A DNA stretch of 63,940 bases, the filler included, from Cladosporium halotolerans (taxonomy: Eukaryota): assembly GCF_011745625.1 (NCBI RefSeq). It is 6 parts of 6 records of this genome, joined end to end, with 100 filler letters (N's around TTAATTAATTAA, not from the genome) between each part and the next. Parts side by side here need not be neighbours in the genome. Positions count along the whole stretch, not along the records: positions 24,159 to 36,113 come from NW_027191585.1; positions 36,214 to 47,797 come from NW_027191586.1; 4 more parts are not named here. One strand, written 5' to 3'. Below, in pieces: positions 35,001 to 46,100 of this stretch. Both the position numbers and the translations under genes were made by a program. Position 1 is the first letter of the stretch. The number at the start of each line of letters is the position of its first letter. Under the pieces are notes generated by a model. That model was given only the letters and a program-made list of their open reading frames with translations. It was not told where the DNA came from and ran no database searches.

Positions 35001-35601
35001 GGGTAGCTTTCTCAGATGAGCGGCAGTCATCAACGACTTTCTCACTGTAGCACTCATCGTCCTGGGTCGCAGATAGGCTGCAGCCCGAAGTCGACGCAAC
35101 AACGTTAGCATCTTTCTCACCGCCGCAGCAGTCTCCCTTATTCTTTTTTCCCGGGGAAAAATCGCAGCATCCAGAAGATCTCTCGGCATCTTCTCCAGAG
35201 GAGCAAATTTCTTGTCCATCTCTGCCATCGCCACAGCACCCTTCGCTCTCCTTCGGAGTTGGGCCACAACACCCAGAGCCCGTGGTCTTGGCGTTCTCAG
35301 CCACGACAGGTTCCACCTCGGAGCAGCATCCACCACGGATCTTATCCACATCTCCGCACCTCCCAATCTGCTTTCCAGTTTTAGTCGAAGCTGAACCACT
35401 ATCTCCATCCTCTACAGTCTTGACCCTCTCACCAGAACCACCATTCTCTCCATCCTCCTCTTTCTCGCCACCACAACAGGCCTCCTCACATCCACCCGCC
35501 TTCCCTAATCCATCCGTCTCACGCGTTGCATTGTCAAGACTGCACAATCTCGCCGCGATCCGCGTCAGGCATTCCTCTACACTCTCACCATCAGCAGCCA
35601 T
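32011..35601 (-). CDS. P1B-type heavy-metal-transporting ATPase, Pca1/PcaA-like (Cd/Cu), intronless, 1196 aa
   Basis: Long CC-rich N-terminus, single HMA GMTCTGC, TGESLPV, ISCPCALGL, DKTGTLT, NEHPV, GDGTND; last helices YN...GEIVS. Confidence 0.93.
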   Translation of the reverse strand: MAADGESVEECLTRIAARLCSLDNATRETDGLGKAGGCEEACCGGEKEEDGENGGSGERVKTVEDGDSGSASTKTGKQIGRCGDVDKIRGGCCSEVEPVVAENAKTTGSGCCGPTPKESEGCCGDGRDGQEICSSGEDAERSSGCCDFSPGKKNKGDCCGGEKDANVVASTSGCSLSATQDDECYSEKVVDDCRSSEKATLTSPTSYNSTTRESCCSSTLPKKTGNTANEKSCGEKIKSGDCRSKSLEVRVQPLEDCGDSCCRDTPQNAPCSPLSACIDNFQTTMDRLDAMLKRGQCLCRRVQEQWGFNCCDPASIPAEVVTRKKNASTAASMTETLSKEKFAAVSTASAIHPRCSFDAPSSVKNRKQEAAVETRNQPVDVEQDSAREHVVLDVTGMTCTGCSKKMMNVLGGISGLSNAQVTFVSGNAEFDLDSGVAGKVEDVLQRVEKETGFKCSRLVSGFQELHVLMSATAAREIAHCLPAGVMSIVKDKKKKDNYYITYNPRVVGARVVLPPTAQLSPPQDSAGIAEGKKSLLSNALSTALAATLTIPVVVLEWSDNHLPSSTVELVALILGTGVQLIAVPEFYIGATKSLIYSRVIEMDMLVVISISAAYGYSVVAYGLQRAGFDLEQGPFFETSTLLITLVLLGRLMAAWARMKALSIVSLRSLQAETALLLGSSGDSSKIDARLLQFGDSIVIQPHSRIVTDGTVIDGASDVDESMVTGESLPVAKQTGNNLIAGTINGSGTLRVQLTRLPGDNSISDIATLVENAVAAKPRVQDLADRVASYFIPVVVTIAVIVFCIWIAVAIEIRNRNGGGAVGLAITYAIAVLAISCPCALGLAVPMVLVIAGGVAARAGVVIKAADAIERSYKMTDVVFDKTGTLTEGDLQVVHTQTLPSETLSEESIMSLGKAMVEGNEHPVSVAVAEHLKGKAMGGASKIRLENITSIPGAGIEAQHHGSLLKAGNPYWLKLEDHSKVAGLLQQAMTLLCVTLNNDPILVVGLKSTLRSNAAAIIADLHRRKITTHIVSGDNPAAVLDIAKTLGVEESNIRSRASPSEKQEYVHTLQTCTPESKRTILFIGDGTNDAVAIAQADIGVQMGSASDVTGAVSDVVILSKDLGGLITLLELSRRAVRRILFNFAWSAVYNFFAILLASGAFVKVRIGPAYAGLGEIVSVAPVILAAVSLMWGRKLSG

Positions 35602-36113
35602 TCATCCCCGACTTCGCCGCGTGAAACGCCGGATCATACATACCATCACAGTGTTTCTTCTTACGAGAAAAAGAGGGTTTGCAGGGCATGATTGCTGTTG
35701 TGTTCCGGTCGTGTCGTTGTTGCTGTGTTGATTCGAGATGTGGTGTGGAGAAGGAAAGGAAGAACCTGGGGACATAGACAGCTTTAGACTGTGATAACGC
35801 CTAGAAAAGCGGGCGCGCTAAGGCCTCAACCCACAGTCTGAGGTGGGGAAGTAGCACGTGACAGCAGAGCACGGATCGTGTGACCTGCAGAATACTATGC
35901 TTACGTCATTGTAGGGGAAGCGGATCAGTACGGGAAGCGGATCACCCCCGCGCGCCCTGAGAGTCCGCATACGGCCCTTTCGGTTCTGTCTTCTTTATTG
36001 TTTTTGAGAAAAAGGACGCTTTTCAAGTAAATACTGTGCCTAGTTGGCAGATCTAACCAATGGCCGCCACTGTGCGCCCGTCGTCGCAGCTCGACGACAG
36101 CGCGTCGACAGGA

Positions 36114-36213
36114 NNNNNNNNNNNNNNNNNNNNNNNNNNNNNNNNNNNNNNNNNNNNTTAATTAATTAANNNNNNNNNNNNNNNNNNNNNNNNNNNNNNN
36201 NNNNNNNNNNNNN
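36114..36213. other. Artificial contig spacer
   Basis: N44-TTAATTAATTAA-N44. Confidence 0.97.
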
Positions 36214-37199
36214 TCGCGTCAAGGTCGGACCTCATGACGCTGCGCCTCTAGCTCTTGGGGTTTACAGTGAAGAGTTCCGGCAGCTTTTGGAGAAAGATAC
36301 GGCAGAAGATCGAGTATGGAACGTTGGAGTCATCATACAGTCAGAGATCTCGATGCTTGAAAATGAGCGGCCAAAGACTTTGAGCGAATCACTGGAGGAT
36401 GATTTGAAGCACTACATGAGCGATCTGTGGTTATAGTCTCCAGGATACTTGGTGGATCTTCGAAATGCGCCACGTTTGTTACAAGGTAGTTAATTGTGGA
36501 AGGCAATTTAAGGATCTGTCCTTGTCTGGAACACTGCGTTGCTTCCTCAAGCGCTTCCTCCGACCTATAACCACAATAAACTTGTATTACGACATTAAGC
36601 GTTGGCAGAGGCACCGAGACCAATTCCCCATCCCGTATCCGCTTGCCTGCACATCACCCGCATGGTCAGTATTGCTGGGAGGATATGTAGTAGCCTTCAA
36701 CAACCAAGACAGTTAAGGACCCAACCGGGCTCGGCCGGCAGATATTCACGAGCACCAGAACGGGGTTCATTGGTTTACGAAGAATAATCCAGGTCTTGGC
36801 TCCATGTACGTATATGGACATGATATCACGGGCCGTCGAAGCAATCTCGCGGGCATGGCGATACAAGAAAATAGAGTGTTCGTTGTTCACCGTGTTCGCA
36901 CCGCGCTGTTGGAAATGCTCTATTAGTTCGCAGTAGGCAGCTTTTAAGGTTTCGAATGTACCCACATCGCCGTGCTGTAATCTATGGGATATGTGAGAAT
37001 GAAGGCGACAAAGAACGATGTTGTGCTCAAAGTACGATGCAAGTTGGTTGACTTGGTATGATATGATATTCCGTTATCCCGGTGTAGCTTCCTTGCGGGT
37101 CCATGCGGGCCGTTACTATGTATGATATAGTAGAGGAAAATCATAGCAGTAGCCCAGGTGAAGACTCCTTCCTCTGCAATGGCCACTGCCCTTTCCCCA

Positions 37200-39068
37200 G
37201 TGAGTCTATGATACAGTAAGCGGTAGCTGTGTGCCTCACATGCGCGTCAGCGCTCGCCGTCATCCTCATCCATATACGTTCCCGGCCTTCTCCCGCTTTG
37301 CCTTGGTTCGCATCTGTCCTTGCCAGCGAGGACTGGGTGGGGATACCCCGTTGCAGGGATCATCTCGTTACCGCGCGTAAACCCGCCTCAGTCGATAGTA
37401 GCTTCGCGTAGTCGGTCGTATTTGCTCTACCAGCATATCTGCACGTTTTGGCGTGTGTGTAGGACACAATAGAATGATTTGTTTTTGGGTTTGTCGCGGC
37501 CAGCCGCATTCGCAGTCTGGCTTCGAATATCCGGGCACACGCCTTCGAAACAGATAGTCATTCAGGCCGACGTGTTCGGTCCTCAGCAGCGTTGCGACTG
37601 TACTCTCGGCCTTTGTCAAGTTCTCCTTCGTCCGTAGTCCTCGGGTCCATGATGCACGCGCCGCGACGGATGGTCTGACGTCCTTCGCCGACGCACGCGT
37701 TTGCTGCTGGTACCTCGTCCATCTGGCCTTCCAAGCCTCTTCGAGCTCCTTTTTTGTAGCTGTCCTGCTCCCGCCATACCCGGCCGGGCGCGATTGCTGT
37801 CGCATCGATTTAGCCCTTGTCCGAAATTGGTCGGTGTGTCTTGTCGGGATGTTGCTTTTCGTCCGGAAGCGGCGCTGAGACCTTTTATCGATAGCCTTGC
37901 GGGCCTCTTCCACAGCCTGGTCGCCCGCAGTCCTCTGTCCTCTGAACATGGTTGATCGCCAGCATTTCGAGGTGGAGGTCAGTCCAAGGGAGCGACGCTC
38001 GCCTCGTGTTCCAGCACTTGTACATTTGTGGTCTTGTATGCGCCTGTGATGGTTCTGAGGCACTTGTTCTGCACTGTCTGCAATGGATAGATCAGCCTGT
38101 TTCGGTTGGCTCGCTCGTCCCCGAGAGAAAACCACGCCGGGCACCCATAGGAAAGTACCGGATGGACAACTGCAGCGTAGATCTGCCTGGCCTTAGCGAA
38201 CGTGGCTCCCCACGTGCTCTTGGTCAACCGGGTGAATGACGCCATGTGCGATGCGGCCTTTGCTGCAGTCAGATTTACGTGGGGGCCCCATTTGAGCTTC
38301 GAGTCTAGGTGGATGCCGGGAATTCTCATCACTGGCACTGGACCGTCTTGGAACTTGGGTATCCGTACGGTCGCCTGCATGTTGAACTTTTTCGGGCGGC
38401 GGGTGAAGTGCATCAGCTGGTACTTCTCGGGCGCGAAGGTCGCGCCGTGTGTGCGTGCCCAGGCCATACACTTCTCGCTCGCTCTTTCCAGAACTCTACA
38501 GTTCGCCTCCGTGCTTCTGCTGAACGTGAGTATGTTGGTGTCCTCCACAAAACCGATTGCGGTCGTTGCTCCGGCGTTGAGCTGCGGGAGGAGGGTGGAA
38601 GCGAAGAAGAGAAAGAGGTTCGGTGGTAGTGTCGAGCCCTGGGAAATGCCTGATGTGGTGGACCGGACCCTATCCTCGTATGTAACTAGCGTGAGGGTCG
38701 TTGTTCGACCGGTCAAAAAGGAGCGTATGTAGCTGGCTACCCACTGCGGCATCCTCGCGGTCCGGCCATTGTGGATCAGCCGCTCATGGGACACATTGTC
38801 GAACGCTCCAGAGACGTTCAGGCTGAGCATGCCCGCCACTAACGCGGGATCGTTGGCCCATACCGTCCGGATCTGCTCGGTGAGCATTTCTAGCGCAGTA
38901 ATGGTCGATCGTCCCGGCCGTGCACCCATCTGTGTGACTGGCAGCAAGTTGTGTTCTTCCGCCAACGCTGACATCCGGCGGGCAACGATCTTCTCGAGCA
39001 CCTTCCCGAGCGTGTTGAGCAGAGCTATAGGTCTGTATGCTTTTGCCACATCATATGCTGGCTTCTGT
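37200..39068 (-). mobile_element. 5'-truncated, inactivated Tad1-like LINE (RT + CCHC region)
   Basis: AYRPIALLNTLGKVLE, QMGARPGRS, LNVSGAFD (D>N), ISQGSTLPP, FVED (catalytic D lost); frameshift near 37980; CECG...LLCP. Confidence 0.88.
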
Positions 39069-39069
39069 G

Positions 39070-39520
39070 GCGTCAACCGTGAAGGCGATGCTGTCAATTG
39101 GAGAACTAATAAATCTCTGGAACTCTGACTGCATGTTGTGAGAGTGCATATCCGTATATTGGCTTTGTCGCCATCGCTCATAACAAGTCCCATCAACAAC
39201 TGTACGTTCGGCATCACTCAGCCCATCAGCCGATGACAAAGGAGGCGAAAGCGCTGTGCCTCCCAGCCTTTCGTACTTCTTCGTCCAGAGCTCCTCGGCA
39301 CGGCGGAGGCCGGGCTTCATCCATTTGGGCTTCCAAGCTGCTTCAAGATAAGCCCTGCGTTCGTTCGCATGTAGCAAAGTGGCTGCGGCGTACGCACCGG
39401 ACTCGTCGATCTTGTTATAGGACTTATCCATAGTGTACCAACCGATTGTGATACACTCAACGGATGGTCTATTGCTGCGATGTTTGTGCAACTGTTTCTC
39501 GAAGTGGTCGACAAGGGCTT
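39070..39520 (-). mobile_element. hAT transposase fragment
   Basis: GWYTMDKSYNKIDESGAYAAATLLHANERRAYLEAAW...SEFQRFI. Confidence 0.65.
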
Positions 39521-39546
39521 TGATCTGCAGCTCAAATAATCATGTG

Positions 39547-39602
39547 AATACCTGTTGGCATTAAAATACCTGTTGGCACTAAAATATGTGTCGGCACTAA
39601 AA
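39547..39602 (+). repeat. 18-bp tandem repeat x3 (possible DNA-transposon TIR relic)
   Basis: AATACCTGTTGGCATTAA / AATACCTGTTGGCACTAA / AATATGTGTCGGCACTAA. Confidence 0.7.
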
Positions 39603-40624
39603 CGGCGAGCTCTTGTATCAGAAGTTGTTGTTGAGATCGTAGGGATTTGTCATGCTAATCGTGCTATAGGCCATTATTTTATCCGAATAAGGCTGTCCAC
39701 ATTCGGGAAATAAGCGCGGACAGAGGGGCCAAGACTCCAGCTATCGTACTTTGATACGTGAGCCTTTGCATTGTCAGTATATAGAAGCCATAGCACATCG
39801 ACACTTACGTACATACCTTGCAGATGGGATTCAGATCGATGTTCCCAGTGAACGGATCCCTACAGAAAGCCTCATCGATCGACCTCGGCCAGTCACACTC
39901 GATACTTTTGCAGGCTTCTGTGAAATATCTAGGATCCGGTCTCACTCTCTCTATCAAACAATCACGCATGGCTGCGCTAATGACAAAATGTATATACGAG
40001 GGTGTATTCGACTTGTTTGACGCGGCTTGGGCCGGATGAGTTCTGGAAGGTCTGAAAAGGTCTGCATAGTCGGCATAAGCATCCATCTCAACATGGCCCA
40101 GTGCAACCACATGAGTGCATAATGCGTGATCGTTGGTGAGCCACAGACTGGCATTTGGGGGAATACCAGCCTAGAAGTTGCTGAACAACCGTCCCGACTC
40201 CGAATGAGGTCGAGAACCAACAGACTACGAAGAATACTATACTACGGGCTGTACAACGCTAGACGCTACGCTTATTCGACATCGCTGATTGACAGGCTTG
40301 GCAGATTTTATCAGCTTCGCGAAGGCGGACAATTGGCCTTGCGTTTTCGGTGCATATGTATTTCCGCGATGTCGGTAGGCATGCAGGTTATCTGTCGCAA
40401 CAGCGATATGACTTGCCTAGCTCAATTGGAGTTGGTTTTTGAAGTACTTTGGGCCAGCCGATCTCCCCGAATGCAGGGCAGCGCTGACGGTCAATGATGC
40501 GGCCATGTCTCATTATGCCGTGCGTGACGTATGCTCGCCCGTCGGTGTTCTGCAATAATAAACCTCCCATAGATCTACGACTTGGATAAGAGCTCTCTGA
40601 CATCTCTGACATACTAATTCCAGG

Positions 40625-41511
40625 ATGGAAAACATCGGGCAAAAGCGATTTCTCGATTTCGATCTCGTCGGGGGCGCTTTTGTTGTCACTGGTGGAGCAA
40701 GAGGACTGGGTTTGGCGATGGCTGAGGGTTTGGTAGAGGCTGGTGGAAAAGGTAGGGCATAGTGATACCGGCGACTGACTATCCCATGAATTGATGCACT
40801 AACGGCACGCCAGTACATTGTCTAGATCGCGCACCTAGTCCAGACGAGGAATACGAGGAAGCTAAGAAACGAGTGGTACCAGAGTGGGGAGGCTCGCTTC
40901 ACTACGTCCAAGTCGATGTGACCAACACGGCGAGCCTGAACGCTTCAATTGAGAGTATAGCGGCGGACAACAAGCGCCTTGACGGCCTGATCGCTGCCGC
41001 CGGGATTGTGGAAGTAACGCCGGCCATCGAGTACACTGTGGAGGGCGTTTCGCGCATGATGGACATCAACTACACCGGTCTATTCATGTCAGCAACCGCT
41101 GCCGCGCGAGAGATGATGAGATATGGTTGCAGGGGTAGCACCTGCCTCGTTGCATCTATGTCGGGCATCGTCGCCAATAAAGGCATGAACTCTCCGGTAT
41201 ACAACCCTAGCAAAGCTGCTGTTATCCAGCTAGCACGTAGCCTGGCTATGGAGTGGACGCCTGTTCAGTCTGACCGCCGTGGTGGTATAAGGGTGAACTC
41301 GCTCAGTCCGGGCGATGTAATGACACCTGCCGTCCAGGAAGTTTTTGAGAGAAATCCAGGAACGCGAGAGATATGGGAAAGCGAGAATATGGCGCATCGC
41401 CTGGCAAATCCGGTTGAGTTCAAGAGTGCGGCGCTTTTTCTACTCAGCAGAGCGAGCTCCTTTATGACCGGCTCTAACCTCGTTATTGATGGAGGGCATA
41501 CTGCTTGGTAG
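40625..41511 (+). CDS. Short-chain dehydrogenase/reductase (arabinitol/sorbose-reductase-like); intron 40752-40813; an upstream exon is possible
   Basis: VVTGGARGLG, LIAAAGI, VASMSG, YNPSK (YxxxK), FMTGSNLVIDGGHTAW. Confidence 0.85.
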
Positions 41512-42363
41512 CGTAGGCGTTGTTTGGTAAGTAAATTTCGTACATTGTACATGCCAGTTAACACCAATTGCGGTTTTTCTTGTGAGGCAGACAGACTCAG
41601 CAGGAAACAACGTGAAGGTTGGTCGCCTGATGCTTTCGGTCGCGCTCGCACACGTGGTGATGGGATCTACCGTCCGTATGAAAGATTGGTCTTTTTGTTT
41701 GAGATTTTTGAGGGTAAATGGGAACGAGGGTACTTCGTTGGAGCTGAAAGCGAGCTGTCAGCATCAAATAGCCGTGGAGTCTTTCGTATGACTGGTGTTA
41801 CCTCAAGTGATCACCTGGATTGTGACCATTCCGTTGATAGAAGTCCACTGGAAACCCCTTGAACTGCAGGTCACTACCGTGAGGATTGGCGTAAATCCGC
41901 GGCTGCAGTCCTAGCTGAGGATTGCCGTAGTCCAAGCCGAGGGCGCTTGTTGGATCCACATGTGAGAGAATCGAAAGTCGGTGCGGGTGTTTGCTGCTCA
42001 GTCTGCAACTTCACGCAGCAGTGAGAAATTGACGTCTGCACTGCAAGCCCCTCCACGCAGGCACGTCATATTTTGTACACGCTGGGTACGGTACGTTACC
42101 CGTGGATTTGGCGCTCTGGCGGTCCTTGTCTTCGATAGGCTAGTGCAACAAACGGTGAGGTTTGGTCTCAAGCAAGGCAAGATGGTGCACTAGAGAGAAT
42201 GCAAACTATATCTGGCAGAAGAGAACACGGCGAACCGTGATCAAAATTGCGAAGGAATAAGGCTCTGACGGCGAAGAAGCTCCAGACCCAACCCTCATGC
42301 CAGAGGGCCGCTCAGAAGGATAAGAGCCCCTCTGCCGCTTAGGCTGCATGAATGACGTATAAC

Positions 42364-42605
42364 TTTTTTTTAATCATACTGTATTCAAGCTATATAGCTT
42401 ATGACAGGCCTGGGCTAAGTCCCGGGCATTTCTTGGTCTTCTATTTGTGCTCTCGCGTTGGTCTTTTACTGTACAATCCTGCTCGCCGTCCCGTCTTCAT
42501 CAAGGCGCCACTGCTTTTGGGCTCACTACCTTCCTATTGGTCCTCGCGTGTGGCCGCAACCACTGGCCCTCATCCCCTGCTATCTCCATCATTCCGATGT
42601 CCTTC
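42364..42605 (-). mobile_element. Diverged LINE 3' end with poly(A), homologous to 46715-46981 in opposite orientation
   Basis: Minus strand GCCCAAAAGCAGTGGCGCCTTGATGAAGACGGGACGGCGAGCAGGATTGT...CTGTCATAAGCTATATAGCTTGAATACAGTATGATT-A9. Confidence 0.8.
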
Positions 42606-43126
42606 TCGTATTACAGGCTGGACGCCTCCATTGCCGGAGGCGTACGCTTTCTTGTCCATGCTGTCTTACCCTGGGGCTTGCAGCCGAAGCTGAAATAAGT
42701 CCCAGAGTTGGATTCCTTGCTTTGCGCCCCTTCGGCTCTTCTGCAGAAGGTGGAAGGGGCTTGTTCTCTCTTTTTCGCTGACGCGTAGCGTCCGCTGTGC
42801 TTGTCATATTGTCCTCCAGCCGCTCGAGCCCATTGGGCGCTCGTGCTGGTGTCTTGTTTGGTGTGACTCATCTCATCTCATAAGCCTGTGTATTGGTCTT
42901 CCTGCGAGAGCTGGTGAGCTCGTCGCGCTCTTGTGCATTTCCTGCGTGTTCTTCTGACTCTTGCTCATCTGTGATGTCGAGTCGGCCTTGTCGATGCTGG
43001 CGGCGGCGGGGTCGTGTTGCCTGCAAGCGCAGCTTGCGCGCAGGCCTTGTCGTGTAGTGCAGAGCTCTCCCGACGGCTGGACGGCGAGGTGGCGGCCATG
43101 TCGACCGTGTCGGGCCTTGTCAATGG

Positions 43127-46100
43127 GTGGGGAGGACGGATCTGGTCGAAAGCCCGTATGTGCAGTGCCTTGATGTGTGGGAGACAGTGCATCGCAAAAA
43201 GGTCCGGCGGACAAGAGTGATCAACGTCTACAACAGAGCCAGGGTAGAAGACGGTGGATACGCGATCGACCACATAGACCTATCGTGTCTGATCGTGGGC
43301 AGAACCATCCTAGTGGGCGACTTCAACGCGCGTAGTCCCTCGTGGGATCCGTGGGTTACTGGTAGACAAAACGCGGCAACGGGAGAACGGTTGATTGAGA
43401 GGCAGGAACTCATAATCAACAATAACGATCGCCAACCCACCAGGCGCGGAAAACACTGCAGATCCATCATCGATCTAACCCTGACCACCCAAGTCCTTGG
43501 AGCGCTTACGACTTGGGAGATCGACGAAGCCATGGCCACGACCTCCGATCACGAGGTGATTGTGTTCGGTTGGTCGCCACTCATTGCTGCTAGGCCCAGT
43601 GGGCGAGCAAGAACTGCGCAGAATTGGAACATCGACCGGCTTCGTGCAAACGAAGAAGCCATGAATGAGGCTGGTGACCATTGGCGGTCACTGAGCGAAG
43701 GGAGGCCAGTCATAAAAGCTTGGGGAGCGACGGCGGCGGAGCTCGAAGCCGAAGCAAGCTGGATTCAGGAGAGTCTCATAGACGTGTTGGACAAACACGC
43801 ACCCGGAACACAGCCGCACGCACGCTCGAAGCGGTGGTGGTCAAGCGAGAACAAGCTTGAGAGGATGCGCTTTGGACAAGCGCGGCGCGGATATAACGAC
43901 GGCCGAATCAGCTTTGACGAGTACCGTCAAGTAAGAAACGGCTACTATCGCCACATTCGAAGAGCCAAGCGACTGGCTTGGGAACGCTTTCTTGAGGGCA
44001 TTTTCCCAACCGACGACGAATCTCAACTCGCATCTGACCCTGAGCGATGCTGGAGAGCACTCAGATACACTAAAGCTCAAGTGCCATCGTACACACCGGC
44101 GATCAAGATCAATGGTCCGGGTGGCCGGCCAGACACCATAGCGGCGACCGCGGAGGAGAAAGAGGAGGTCTTCATGGCGCAAGCTTTCCCGCCTCAGGCA
44201 GAGATTGAAGACGACATTGAAGTGCCTGACTCCAGAGCAGGTGTGAGTGTGCGTGAAGTCCGCGAAGCGCTGTTCGCTCAGTCTGTCAAGAAAGCTCCCG
44301 GCGTGGATGGCATTGGCTTCAAAGCGTTCAGGCTGCTGTGGCGGTGGGCTGAAGACCGCATCGTAGCTCTCGTCAGAGGATGCGTCGAGACGGGGTTCCA
44401 CCCTTGCATTTGGAAGACCGCAAAAGGCATTCTGTTGCGCAAGCCGGGAAAGCCGACTTACACAATTGCGAAAGCATACCGGGTCATCAGCCTGCTCAGC
44501 TGTCTTGGTAAGGTGGTTGAGAAAGCAGTCGCAACGCGGATCGCCTCATTCTGTGAGAAGAACGAAGTCTTTCATCGGGGCCAATTTGGATGTCGTCGAA
44601 CAAGAGGTGCATCGGATGCCGTGGCACAGCTGGTTACAAAGGTCGAAACTGCGTGGAGTAAGAAGCACATAGCTCTGGCACTCTTGCTGGACGTTAAGGG
44701 GGCTTTCGATCGCGTCAGCAAACCGCAATTGCTGAAGCGGATGGTGCAAGTTGGCATCGCAGGCAACATTGTGCGCTGGGTAGACTCGTTCCTGTCCGAT
44801 CGGCGAGCAATGCTGGTCATCGATGGACGGACGGGTCAAACTCGAAGCATCAAGGCTGGTCTGCCGCAAGGCTCGCCAGTGTCACCGGTGTTGTTCATAC
44901 TCTCTATCAGCGCCATGTTTCAGTGGCTTGAAGACAGACACCCGACAGCTCAAGCTCTCTCGTTTGTTGACGATGTAGGATTGGTGATTGAATGCGACGA
45001 GCTGGTGAAGGGAACGAGGAATCTCGAACGCATTGCCAGAGATGCGCTCCGATGGGGATCAGAGAACAAAGTCGAGTTCGAAGTCAGTAAGACCGAGGTT
45101 CTGCTGTTTAGCAGACGTCGGAAAGTGCTGAACGCAGCCAAAAATGGAACCGTGAATATCGGAGATCAAAGTTTCGCCATCAAGCAGGGAGCGACCAAGT
45201 GGCTCGGCTTCTGGCTCGATCCGAAGCTTTCATTCGGGACGCATTTTGAGAACAGACTGGCAAGCGCGAAAGGAGCCCTGCAGCGGATGTCGAGCCTTAG
45301 CAGAAGCAACGGCGGCTTGCCTATTAAACTGATGCGGAGGATAGTGGTGGCTGCAGTGACCTCTGTGGCACTATACGGAGCGGAGATCTGGTGGAGGGGC
45401 CAACGAGATCGAGCGGAGAAGCTGCAACTCTTGTTGAACAAACAAGCTAGAGCCATCACCGGCTTGCTGAAGTCGACACCTCTGCCCTTACTCCAGCAAG
45501 ACGCACGTTTACCTTGTGCTAGGGACCTGCTTGACTACCGTCAGACCAGGTACGCCACACGCGCGCTAAAGGCGAACGGGAACCACCCAACACACCAACT
45601 GCTACCTGCCAACTTTCGCTTTGGTGAGGTTTACCGGCATGAAGGTGCGACAGGCCAGCCATCCAGTACCGGCTGGTCGACGCCTGAGAAGACACATCGA
45701 TCTTTCGGAAGCAGACTTGCCCAGCAGATCGTCAGGCACGTCAGCTACGACACCGAGTTTGGATTCAACCTGCCTTGTAAAGCAACCTCGCGGGGTATGA
45801 ACCTTGTGACTCGGACACTGTGCTACTCGCAATTGCCAACAAGAATGCTACCTGACAGCCCACAGCAATTAACACTTTTCGTGAGCACGGTCAAGGATTT
45901 CAGTTTCGGTGTGGGGTTCGCATGGAGAGAGCGACGGGCGTGGAAGACCAAGACGTCTTCACTGGGCAAATACATCACTGCAGCCGATGCCACACTGTTC
46001 ACCATCGACATGGTCATGGGAAGCCTAGTCCAAATTCTTGTGAGAGCGGATCACTACTCCGCCGAAATTGTGACGGAGTCACGGCTGGCGCTGGCCGCTT

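Noticed and set aside
35838..35851. 14-bp match to the pogo A TIR (CTGAGGTGGGGAAG) in the ATPase promoter
   Set aside because: Isolated short match with no other element sequence.
24159..36113. Starship element with a DUF3435 captain
   Set aside because: The YR-like domain is fused to RecQ and I see no DUF3435 captain or Starship boundary; the contigs are too short to exclude a Starship context.
36214..37190. Minus-strand ORF fragments at the start of contig 4 (similar fragments at 39805-40220)
   Set aside because: Frameshifted and not assignable to a family.
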